Source: a virus (lineage: Duplodnaviria; Heunggongvirae; Uroviricota; Caudoviricetes). Taken from it: a stretch of 14,562 nucleotides of DNA. The position numbers and the translations under genes were made by a program. The notes beneath the pieces were generated by a model that was not told where the DNA came from, made no database searches, and was given only the letters and a program-made list of their open reading frames with translations. The stretch is from positions 1-14,562 of IMG/VR virus record IMGVR_UViG_2695420651_000023; one strand, written 5' to 3'. Below are positions 7,582-14,562 of this stretch, piece after piece (position 1 is the stretch's first letter; every line of letters starts with the position of its first letter).

Positions 7582-8091
7582 ATGTTTGATTACAAGATTT
7601 CCAAACATCCGCATTTTGATGAAGCCTGTAGAGCTTTTGCACTACGTCACAATATGGCGAAGCTGGCAGAACGTGCAGGAATGAATGTTCAGACACTGCG
7701 AAACAAACTCAACCCAGATCAACCGCATCAGCTCACCGCATCAGAAATCTGGCTGCTTACCGATCTGACTGAAGATTCAACGCTGGTAGATGGTTTTCTG
7801 GCACAGATTCACTGCCTGCCATGTGTACCGATTAATGAGGTAGCAAAAGAGAAACTGCCGCATTACGTCATGAGTGCAACCGCAGAGATCGGGCGTGTTG
7901 CTGCAGGTGCGGTATCTGGCGATGTAAAAACCAGTGCAGGTCGTCGTGATGCTATCAGCAGCATTAACTCTGTAACACGACTGATGGCGCTGGCTGCTGT
8001 TTCATTGCAGGCCCGTTTACAGGCTAACCCTGCGATGGCGAGTGCAGTTGATACCGTGACTGGCCTCGGTGCTTCATTCGGATTGCTGTGA
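7582..8091 (+). CDS. cII: CII-like regulatory protein (186 CP76 family)
   Basis: 169 aa, the same length as 186 CII as I recall it. Sits immediately after the apl-like gene with a G-rich SD. Confidence 0.55.
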   Translation: MFDYKISKHPHFDEACRAFALRHNMAKLAERAGMNVQTLRNKLNPDQPHQLTASEIWLLTDLTEDSTLVDGFLAQIHCLPCVPINEVAKEKLPHYVMSATAEIGRVAAGAVSGDVKTSAGRRDAISSINSVTRLMALAAVSLQARLQANPAMASAVDTVTGLGASFGLL

Positions 8092-8265
8092 GGTGCTTAT
8101 GCTGACGAAAGAACCATCATTTGCATCGCTGCTGGTAAAACAAAGTCCGGCAATGCACTACGGTCACGGCTGGATCATGGGTGAGGATGGTAAACGCTGG
8201 CATCCATGTCATTCACAAGATGAATTGCTGTCTGAATTGACCACGAGGAAACGGAGAAAGTCAAA

Positions 8266-8490
8266 ATGTATGCAGCGGAAAGTGAAGTGGTTTATCAGTT
8301 TCGTTACAGAGGGGAGAGTTATTCAGTACCTGAAGATGATTTGCTCTGTTGTTATCCGTCGTTGTCGGGCGATGGCAGTTACTTTTTCACGCTAAAGGAT
8401 GGGACGTTTTTACGGGGAGAGCAGGTTAAAGAGACGATACGAAAAAATGTATCTCCTCTTGAACGTTACCGTAAGAACAAAGAACGATAG
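8266..8490 (+). CDS. hypothetical early protein, 74 aa
   Basis: Good SD (GGAG, about 9-nt spacer). Protein-like composition. Overlaps an alternative ORF at 8099..8395 in another frame. Confidence 0.45.
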   Translation: MYAAESEVVYQFRYRGESYSVPEDDLLCCYPSLSGDGSYFFTLKDGTFLRGEQVKETIRKNVSPLERYRKNKER

Positions 8491-8512
8491 TTGCGTTTTG
8501 GGGATATGAATT

Positions 8513-8854
8513 ATGGCAATTAATGGCGCTGCGGCGACTGTTCCATTAAGCCCCGGTGAACGCCTGAATGGACTTAATCATATTGCGGAATTAAGGGCGA
8601 AAGTTTTTGGCCTGAATATTGAGTCAGAGCTTGAGCGGTTTATTAAAGATATGCGTGATCCACGGGATATCAATAATGAACAAAATAAACGGGCACTGGC
8701 TGCTATATTCTTTATGGCAAAAATTCCAGCTGAACGTCATAGCATCAGCATTAATGAGCTGACCACTGACGAAAAGCGGGAGCTGATTAAAGCAATGAAT
8801 CATTTTCGTGCGGTGGTGAGCTTATTTCCCAGACGGCTAACCATGCCGAATTAA
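8513..8854 (+). CDS. hypothetical phage early protein, 113 aa
   Basis: ATG with GGGGA SD. Balanced composition. Sits in the early operon. Confidence 0.55.
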   Translation: MAINGAAATVPLSPGERLNGLNHIAELRAKVFGLNIESELERFIKDMRDPRDINNEQNKRALAAIFFMAKIPAERHSISINELTTDEKRELIKAMNHFRAVVSLFPRRLTMPN

Positions 8855-8921
8855 CCAACTAATGAAATTAATGGCGTAAACCCGCCGGGCATCCCTTTAT
8901 CTAAATTCAGGAGAATTGATT

Positions 8922-9155
8922 ATGCGTAATATTGAAATCCTCACGACTAAAACCGGACCGGATGATGCAGGGCTTAATATTTTACTGACAGAGGCTCGTC
9001 TGGAAGAACGCCGGGCAAGGGCTGAAGCAATGGCAGCTCGCCTTGATAGCCTGGCGTGTCATATCTCATCCCGTCAGCTAAACCACGTGGAAGCGGCAGA
9101 ACTGCTGCGTGTGACTGCTGAAGCAATCCAGAACGAAGCGCAGGAGATCCACTAA
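8922..9155 (+). CDS. hypothetical phage early protein, 77 aa
   Basis: Start taken at the ATG at 8922 (SD CAGGAG, 8-nt spacer) rather than the TTG at 8916. Stop overlaps the next gene's start (TAATG). Confidence 0.55.
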   Translation: MRNIEILTTKTGPDDAGLNILLTEARLEERRARAEAMAARLDSLACHISSRQLNHVEAAELLRVTAEAIQNEAQEIH

Positions 9156-9382
9156 TGGCTGATGCAATGGATCTCGTACAGCAGCGCGTTGAAGAAGAAC
9201 GCCAGCGCTATATCCGTGCTGCCCGTGCCAAAACACCGGGCGTGTCTCGTGTGCTTTGTATTGAATGTGAAGCGCCAATTCCGCCAGCACGACGCCGCGC
9301 CATTCCTGGAGTGCAGCTTTGCATTACCTGTCAGGAAATCGCAGAGCTGAAAGGCAAACATTACAACGGAGGTGTTGTATGA
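9155..9382 (+). CDS. TraR/DksA-family C4 zinc-finger protein
   Basis: CIECEAPIPPARRRAIPGVQLCITC gives Cys-x2-Cys-x17-Cys-x2-Cys. Translationally coupled to both neighbours. Confidence 0.75.
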   Translation: MADAMDLVQQRVEEERQRYIRAARAKTPGVSRVLCIECEAPIPPARRRAIPGVQLCITCQEIAELKGKHYNGGVV

Positions 9383-10236
9383 GTACCATCCTGAAATGGG
9401 CGGGAAATAAAACCGCCATTATGTCCGAACTGAAAAAACATCTTCCTGCTGGCCCGCGACTGGTTGAACCTTTCGCGGGTTCCTGTGCTGTGATGATGGA
9501 GACGGATTACCCCAGCTATCTTGTTGCGGATATTAATCCTGATTTAATCAACCTCTATAAAAAGGTTGCTGCTGATTGCGAGGCGTTTATATCTCGTGCC
9601 AGAGCTTTATTTGAGGAAGCAAACAGGGAGGTGGCTTATTACAACATAAGGCAGGAGTTTAATTACTCCACTGAAATTACTGATTTCATGAAAGCGGTAT
9701 ATTTCCTGTATCTCAATCGTCATGGTTACCGTGGGTTATGTCGCTATAACAAGAGCGGGCATTTCAACATTCCGTACGGTAATTATAAAAATCCGTATTT
9801 CCCTGAAAAAGAAATTCGCGCATTTGCAGAGAAAGCCCAGCGGGCAACGTTTATCTGCGCCAGCTTTGATGAAACGCTGGCGATGTTGAAGGCGGGGGAT
9901 GTGGTGTATTGCGATCCGCCTTATGACGGTATGTTTTCCGGCTATCACACTGACGGCTTCACTGAAGATGACCAGTATCACCTGGCATCCGTTCTTGAAC
10001 ATCGGTCATCAGAAGGACATCCGGTCATTGTTTCTAACAGTGACACATCCCTGATCCGTTCGCTGTATCGCAATTTTACTCACCACTACATCAAGGCAAA
10101 ACGCAGCATCGGCGTGGCAGCTGGTGAGAGTAAATCTGCAACAGAAATCATCGCTGTTTCCGGGCCGCGCTGCTGGGTAGGATTTGATCCTTCGCGTGGC
10201 GTGGATTGTTCCGTCGTGTACGGAGTGCGTGCATGA
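9379..10236 (+). CDS. dam: DNA adenine methyltransferase (Dam-like, N6-adenine, GATC-type)
   Basis: Strong similarity to E. coli Dam as I recall it: [37 protein letters not shown] (motif IV DPPY). Start at 9379 (SD GGAGGTG) overlaps the upstream stop (ATGA). Confidence 0.9.
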   Translation: MSTILKWAGNKTAIMSELKKHLPAGPRLVEPFAGSCAVMMETDYPSYLVADINPDLINLYKKVAADCEAFISRARALFEEANREVAYYNIRQEFNYSTEITDFMKAVYFLYLNRHGYRGLCRYNKSGHFNIPYGNYKNPYFPEKEIRAFAEKAQRATFICASFDETLAMLKAGDVVYCDPPYDGMFSGYHTDGFTEDDQYHLASVLEHRSSEGHPVIVSNSDTSLIRSLYRNFTHHYIKAKRSIGVAAGESKSATEIIAVSGPRCWVGFDPSRGVDCSVVYGVRA

Positions 10237-12647
10237 GCCATGCTGATATGAACAACTGCAGCGGCTTTAACGAGTTCGCCGCAGCATTCTCATGGAACAG
10301 CCCGAAAAAGGCCATTAACCCTTATCTGGACCCGGCGGAAGTTGCGCCGGTTTCTGCGCTTTCAAACCTGATCACTCTGTACGCTGCCGATAACGAGCAG
10401 GAACAACTGCGCCGCGAGGCACTGAGTGATCAGGTCTGGGAGCGTTATTTCTTTAATGAATCCCGTGATCCTGTCCAGCGCGAAATGGAACAGGATAAGC
10501 TCATTAGTCGGGCAAAGCTGGCGCATGAGCAGCAGCGTTTTAATCCGGATATGGTCATTCTGGCGGACGTCAACGCCCAGCCTTCCCATATCAGCAAGCC
10601 GCTGATGCAACGTATTGAATACTTCAGCAGCCAGGGCAGGCCAAAGGCTTATTCCCGCTATTTACGTGAGACGATTAAGCCATGTCTGGAACGGCTGGAG
10701 CATGTACGCGACAGTCAGCTATCCACTTCTTTTCGCTTTATGGCAAGCCATGAAGGGCTGGACGGCCTGCTGATTCTGCCTGAAATGAGTCAGGATCAGG
10801 TGAAACGCCTGTCCACCCTTGTTGCTGCGCATATGAGCATGTGCCTTGATGCAGCTTGTGGCGATTTGTATGCCACCGATGACGTTAAGCCAGAAGAAAT
10901 CCGCAAGACATGGGAAAGGGTGGCGGCGGAAACCCTGCGTCTGGATGTCATCCCACCTGCGTTTGAGCAACTCCGCCGGAAAAGAAACCGCCGTAAACCC
11001 GTGCCCTATGAACTCATTCCGGGTTCGCTGGCGCGTATGTTGTGCGCCGACTGGTGGTATCGGAAATTATGGAAGATGCGTTGCGAATGGCGGGAGGAGC
11101 AGTTGCGCGCTGTCTGCCTGGTTAGCAAAAAAGCATCTCCTTATGTCAGCTATGAAGCCGTGATGCATAAACGTGAGCAGCGCCGTAAGTCGCTGGAGTT
11201 TTTCCGTTCTCATGAACTGGTGAACGAAGACGGCGACACGCTGGACATGGAGGATGTGGTAAACGCCAGCAGCAGCAACCCTGCGCATCGCCGCAATGAG
11301 ATGATGGCCTGTGTTAAAGGTCTGGAGCTTATCGCGGAAATGCGCGGTGACTGCGCCGTTTTCTACACCATCACCTGTCCGTCACGTTTCCATTCCACGC
11401 TAAATAACGGCAGGCCCAACCCAACCTGGACAAATGCGACGGTAAGACAAAGTAGTGATTATCTGGTCGGCATGTTTGCTGCATTTCGTAAGGCGATGCA
11501 CAAAGCCGGATTGCGCTGGTATGGCGTGCGGGTGGCTGAGCCGCATCATGACGGTACAGTTCACTGGCACCTGTTGTGTTTTATGCGCAAAAAAGACCGC
11601 CGCGCCATCACTGCATTACTGCGTAAGTTTGCCATCCGTGAAGACCGCGATGAGCTGGGCAATAACACTGGGCCGCGCTTTAAGTCTGAGTTGATTAACC
11701 CGCGCAAAGGTACGCCAACAAGCTACATCGCGAAATACATCAGTAAGAACATTGACGGGCGTGGTCTGACTGGCGAGATCAGCAAGGAAACGGGGAAATC
11801 CCTGCGTGATAATGCTGAATACGTTAATGCCTGGGCGTCTCTGCATCGTGTTCAGCAATTCCGCTTCTTTGGCATTCCGGGGCGTCAGGCTTACCGTGAA
11901 CTGCGATTGCTGGCTGGTCAGGCGGCAAGGCAACAGGGGGACAAAAAAGCAGGTGCGCCGGTACTGGATAACCCGCGCCTTGATGCAATCCTGGCTGCTG
12001 CTGATGCTGGTTGTTTTGCCACCTACATCATGAAGCAGGGCGGCGTACTGGTTCCCCGCAAATATCACCTGATCAGAACCGCTTATGAAATCAACGAAGA
12101 GCCGACCGCCTATGGCGATCACGGCATTCGTATTTATGGCATCTGGTCACCCATTGCAGAGGGCAAGATCTGCACTCATGCGGTGAAGTGGAAAATGGTT
12201 CGTAAGGCCGTTGACGTTCAGGAGGCGGCAGCCGACCAGGGCGCTTGCGCCCCTTGGACTCGTGGCAATAACTGTCCCCTTGCTGAAAATTTGAACCAAC
12301 AAGGGAAAGACAAATCAGCTGATGGGGATACCAGAACGGAAATCACCCGCATGGATGACAAGGAATTGCACGATTACCTGCACAGTATGAGCAAAAAAGA
12401 GCGCCGGGAACTGGCAGCAAGGTTACGCCTGGTTAAACCGAAACGGCGTAAAGACTACAAACAGCGAATTACAGATCATCAGCGACAGCAGCTCGTCTAT
12501 GAACTGAAGTCCAGAGGATTTGATGGCAGCGAGAAAGAGGTCGATTTACTCCTTCGCGGCGGCAGTATTCCGTCAGGAGCAGGCCTGCGTATCTTCTATC
12601 GGAACCAGCGTCTGCAGGAGGATGATAAATGGCGGAACCTGTATTAA
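10233..12647 (+). CDS. replication initiation endonuclease, P2/186 gene A family (rolling-circle, HUH-type)
   Basis: HUH-like motif [13 protein letters not shown] and twin-tyrosine motif [10 protein letters not shown] (phiX174 gpA / P2 A type YxxKY). Start at 10233 overlaps the dam stop (ATGA). 804 aa. Confidence 0.85.
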   Translation: MSHADMNNCSGFNEFAAAFSWNSPKKAINPYLDPAEVAPVSALSNLITLYAADNEQEQLRREALSDQVWERYFFNESRDPVQREMEQDKLISRAKLAHEQQRFNPDMVILADVNAQPSHISKPLMQRIEYFSSQGRPKAYSRYLRETIKPCLERLEHVRDSQLSTSFRFMASHEGLDGLLILPEMSQDQVKRLSTLVAAHMSMCLDAACGDLYATDDVKPEEIRKTWERVAAETLRLDVIPPAFEQLRRKRNRRKPVPYELIPGSLARMLCADWWYRKLWKMRCEWREEQLRAVCLVSKKASPYVSYEAVMHKREQRRKSLEFFRSHELVNEDGDTLDMEDVVNASSSNPAHRRNEMMACVKGLELIAEMRGDCAVFYTITCPSRFHSTLNNGRPNPTWTNATVRQSSDYLVGMFAAFRKAMHKAGLRWYGVRVAEPHHDGTVHWHLLCFMRKKDRRAITALLRKFAIREDRDELGNNTGPRFKSELINPRKGTPTSYIAKYISKNIDGRGLTGEISKETGKSLRDNAEYVNAWASLHRVQQFRFFGIPGRQAYRELRLLAGQAARQQGDKKAGAPVLDNPRLDAILAAADAGCFATYIMKQGGVLVPRKYHLIRTAYEINEEPTAYGDHGIRIYGIWSPIAEGKICTHAVKWKMVRKAVDVQEAAADQGACAPWTRGNNCPLAENLNQQGKDKSADGDTRTEITRMDDKELHDYLHSMSKKERRELAARLRLVKPKRRKDYKQRITDHQRQQLVYELKSRGFDGSEKEVDLLLRGGSIPSGAGLRIFYRNQRLQEDDKWRNLY

Positions 12648-12741
12648 TTACGCAGGTTAACAATTCGTGCTCTTAATAATACCAGGCATATCAGGCTGAT
12701 GAGCGTAAAAAAACGTTTTACATCAGTAAGATTATTATATG

Positions 12742-12757
12742 CTGTAAATATAAACAG
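12742..12757. promoter_or_regulatory. LexA (SOS) box upstream of the tum/dinI-like operon
   Basis: CTGTAAATATAAACAG matches the CTGT-N8-ACAG consensus. Lies 43 bp upstream of the ATG at 12800, with a TATACA -10-like hexamer just downstream. Confidence 0.6.
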
Positions 12758-12799
12758 TGGTTATGTATACAGTGTTGCTTTGGTGTCATAGGAGGAAAG

Positions 12800-12988
12800 A
12801 TGCAGGACTATTTTTTGGAGTCTTTGAAGCTCCAGCGCATTGATTTTTTTCTTAAGCTTGTAGCGGCTAGTGAGTGTAGTGATGAAGAGAAGGGGCTGGC
12901 CCTGCAGTGGGTTTCTGAACTGACAGATGAACTCATGGCAAAAATCAGAACCCACGAATACAACCGCTCAATGGATGTCATCAGCTGA
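12800..12988 (+). CDS. small SOS-operon protein, 62 aa; candidate Tum-like antirepressor (N-terminal part)
   Basis: AGGAGG SD 6 nt upstream. First gene after the LexA box. Position corresponds to 186 tum. Confidence 0.5.
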   Translation: MQDYFLESLKLQRIDFFLKLVAASECSDEEKGLALQWVSELTDELMAKIRTHEYNRSMDVIS

Positions 12989-12998
12989 GGTGACTTTT

Positions 12999-13232
12999 AT
13001 GCGCATTGAAATAATGATCGATAAAGAGCAGAAGATTAGCCAGTCTACCCTGGACGCTCTGGAGTCAGAGCTTTACCGCAACCTGCAACCCATCTATCCC
13101 AAGACAGCTATCCGCATCCGTAAAGGGTCGGCAAACGGCGTTGAGCTGAGTGGCTTAAAGCTTGATGAAGACAAAAAGCGGGTGATGGAAATTATGCAGC
13201 AGGTTTGGGAAGACGACAGCTGGCTGCACTAA
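12999..13232 (+). CDS. DinI-family protein, 77 aa
   Basis: MRIEIMIDK...LDALESEL...DEDKKRVMEIMQQVWEDDSW aligns by eye with E. coli DinI (MRIEVTIAK...IDALAGEL...KEDKQRISEILQETWESADDW). Start at the ATG at 12999 with SD GAGGTG. Confidence 0.8.
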   Translation: MRIEIMIDKEQKISQSTLDALESELYRNLQPIYPKTAIRIRKGSANGVELSGLKLDEDKKRVMEIMQQVWEDDSWLH

Positions 13233-13305
13233 GGAACGTTCCTGATGTAAGAACTTGATTCTGACGTCAGCAAGGTTGAACAACGAGAGTAGCGAGGCGT
13301 TAGCC

Positions 13306-13566
13306 ATGGGTAAAAAAGACAGTAATCACCAGATTATTTATCGGGGCCAGGTGCTGGAACGGTTTACCCCTGGCGGCTGGGTCTTCTTTCAACGCCCAAA
13401 GGAGTGTGGCGGAGGTTTTTGGTTGGGCCGCACCTATGAAGACTGCTTCTGGCTTGAGCTGGAATTCCCCGTTTCGCTATATGACGGCCTGGAGTTTTTG
13501 ATGGAAGTCACCAGGGTAGAGCAGAGAAGTGATGAGGTTGACGCGAATTATTCCCTGTTTGATTAA
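13306..13566 (+). CDS. hypothetical protein, 86 aa
   Basis: ATG at 13306 with GAGG SD; the track's upstream extension uses a TTG start. No recognisable motifs. Confidence 0.5.
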   Translation: MGKKDSNHQIIYRGQVLERFTPGGWVFFQRPKECGGGFWLGRTYEDCFWLELEFPVSLYDGLEFLMEVTRVEQRSDEVDANYSLFD

Positions 13567-13585
13567 AAATGTATTAGCTTATAAT
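13559..13585 (+). promoter_or_regulatory. sigma70-like promoter for the 203-aa gene
   Basis: -35 TTGATT (13559..13564), 15-bp spacer, perfect -10 TATAAT (13580..13585), about 30 bp upstream of the ATG at 13615. Confidence 0.45.
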
Positions 13586-13614
13586 GGAATACTATTTTTG
13601 CAGGTGGGGGCGCA

Positions 13615-14226
13615 ATGGATTTAGTCTTTAAAATTCTGGCTTCGTTGGGTGGGGTGTCTTTTGTTGCATCTGGCATATTTGTTTGGATCGGGAAAGTTTA
13701 TTTAGAAAGATATAAGTCGCGGCTAAACAAAGATATTGCTGAATTTCAATCACAACTGAGTGCAACTAATGAAAGAATAAAGGCTAAGTTAGACAATTCT
13801 GTTTATGTAACGAAAGCGTATTTTGATAAGGAGTTATCAGCATATAGTCTCATTTGGAATTCGATGTTTGAAACCAGAGAAAGCGTGCTTAAGCTGAGGC
13901 CTGCGCTGGATCATTTTGACCCCAACGAACCATTTGAAGAGAGAAAATTTAGAAGGTTGAAAGTTTTTTTCGATGCATTTAATACTTTTGTTACAAGTGT
14001 TGAGTCTAACAAACCGTTCATCTCACCAGAGGTTTATATAATCTTGGACCGTTTCCGGAAGGAATGCCTTTCAGAGTCAATATCGTTTCAGCATGGCGAT
14101 CCAGAATTTGACTGGCAAAATTATTGGAAAGAGGCAGAGTTGAACCGTACAACCATCACCAAGCTTTTTGATGAGACGTGTGATGCAATTCGAGACAGGA
14201 TGCACACATTAACTGTGGTTACGTAG
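13615..14226 (+). CDS. membrane-anchored hypothetical protein, 203 aa (single N-terminal TM helix); candidate defence moron
   Basis: N-terminal hydrophobic helix ILASLGGVSFVASGIFVWIG, then a charged/coiled-coil-like region. Own promoter and strong SD AGGTGGGGG. Lower GC than the phage core. Confidence 0.7.
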   Translation: MDLVFKILASLGGVSFVASGIFVWIGKVYLERYKSRLNKDIAEFQSQLSATNERIKAKLDNSVYVTKAYFDKELSAYSLIWNSMFETRESVLKLRPALDHFDPNEPFEERKFRRLKVFFDAFNTFVTSVESNKPFISPEVYIILDRFRKECLSESISFQHGDPEFDWQNYWKEAELNRTTITKLFDETCDAIRDRMHTLTVVT

Positions 14227-14317
14227 TTTTCCAAAAAGTCTCGATGCCCGCTTTGGCGATTGTGCATGTCTATGCCGCATGAATCCGCATGATCGTTTGA
14301 GGATCGTTTTAGCTGAG

Positions 14318-14341
14318 GCCCGCTAGGAATGGCGGGCTTTT
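14318..14341 (+). terminator. rho-independent terminator
   Basis: GCCCGC + 8-nt loop TAGGAATG + GCGGGC, followed by TTTT. Confidence 0.55.
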
Positions 14342-14386
14342 GCTTATGTCATGCAGGCGCATGAAAACCACTACATAAAGCGGGCA

Positions 14387-14405
14387 GGCGTGGCGGGGAT
14401 ACGAG
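14387..14405. other. cos-like site (P2/186-type cohesive end)
   Basis: GGCGTGGCGGGGATACGAG resembles the 19-nt P2/186 cohesive end (GGCG[A/T]GGCGGGGA...) as recalled from memory. Position between the early region and the expected late genes fits the P2 map. Confidence 0.35.
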
Positions 14406-14562
14406 CGCGCGCTCATGGTTGAATTAATGAAATTATGGTGTTAAATAGGCTAGCTTTTGGTGATGCTGCCAACTTACTGATTTAGTGTATGATGGTGTTT
14501 TTGAGGTGCTCCAGTGGCTTCTGTTTCTATCAGCTGTCCCTCCTGTTCAGCTACTGACGGGG

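Larger units (their letters stand above)
4465..14562. mobile_element. 186/Fels-2-like (P2-family) prophage, int-proximal early region through cos; continues beyond the window
   Basis: Gene order int-cI (leftward), then apl-like, cII-like, small early ORFs, TraR-like, dam, A (rightward), then a LexA-regulated tum/dinI-like operon and a cos-like sequence. cI, cII and apl lengths match 186 as I recall them. Confidence 0.8.

Noticed and set aside
7316-7589. ORFs 7316..7555 (-) and 7407..7589 (+) overlapping the apl-like gene
   Set aside because: Antisense or alternative-frame. The HTH-containing frame is the plausible one.
9319-9378. Upstream extension of dam starting at 9319
   Set aside because: The conserved Dam N-terminus ([11 protein letters not shown]) begins at the ATG at 9379, which has a good SD and overlaps the upstream stop. 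The extension would overlap the TraR-like gene.
10233-12647. Initial impression that the large ORF after the methylase is a P4 alpha-type primase-helicase
   Set aside because: It has no primase/helicase Walker motifs. It carries HUH-like and YxxKY twin-tyrosine motifs and sits after dam in a cI-apl-cII context, which fits the P2/186 gene A rolling-circle initiator.
9078-12663. Numerous short ORFs on both strands inside the early operon, dam and A (for example 9078..9290, 9736..10002, 10362..10610, 10846..11163, 11616..12122, 12469..12663)
   Set aside because: Embedded in or antisense to strongly supported genes in GC-rich sequence, where long spurious ORFs are expected.
1-14562. CRISPR arrays, rRNA or tRNA genes, and IS elements
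   Set aside because: No regularly spaced direct repeats, no cloverleaf-compatible tRNA beyond the ssrA fragment, and no transposase ORF or terminal inverted repeats were seen.

Overview
This window appears to be an enterobacterial (E. coli/Salmonella-like) accessory region holding two mobile elements integrated in tandem at the tmRNA gene ssrA. A 47-bp copy of the ssrA 3' end (4418..4464, minus orientation) marks the junction. To its left (1..4417) is an island opening with a P4-family tyrosine integrase, followed by AT-rich cargo: a small 4-TM membrane protein, a 603-aa orphan protein, and a secreted His-Xaa-Ser-repeat protein with a peptidoglycan-binding domain. To its right (4465..end) is the early region of a coliphage 186/Fels-2-like (P2-family) prophage: an AT-rich 298-aa moron, int, cI, an apl/cox-like gene, a cII-like gene, small early genes, a TraR-like zinc finger, Dam methylase, the rolling-circle replication gene A, a LexA-box-controlled Tum/DinI-like SOS operon, a separately promoted 203-aa membrane-anchored protein, a terminator and a cos-like site. 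The strongest candidates for an undescribed system are the three AT-rich cargo loci (770..2984, 4613..5509, 13306..14226), each at a position where such elements usually carry anti-phage genes; none shows a catalytic motif I can recognise by eye, so their function is inferred from context only. All protein-family calls are from reading the translations, with no database search run.
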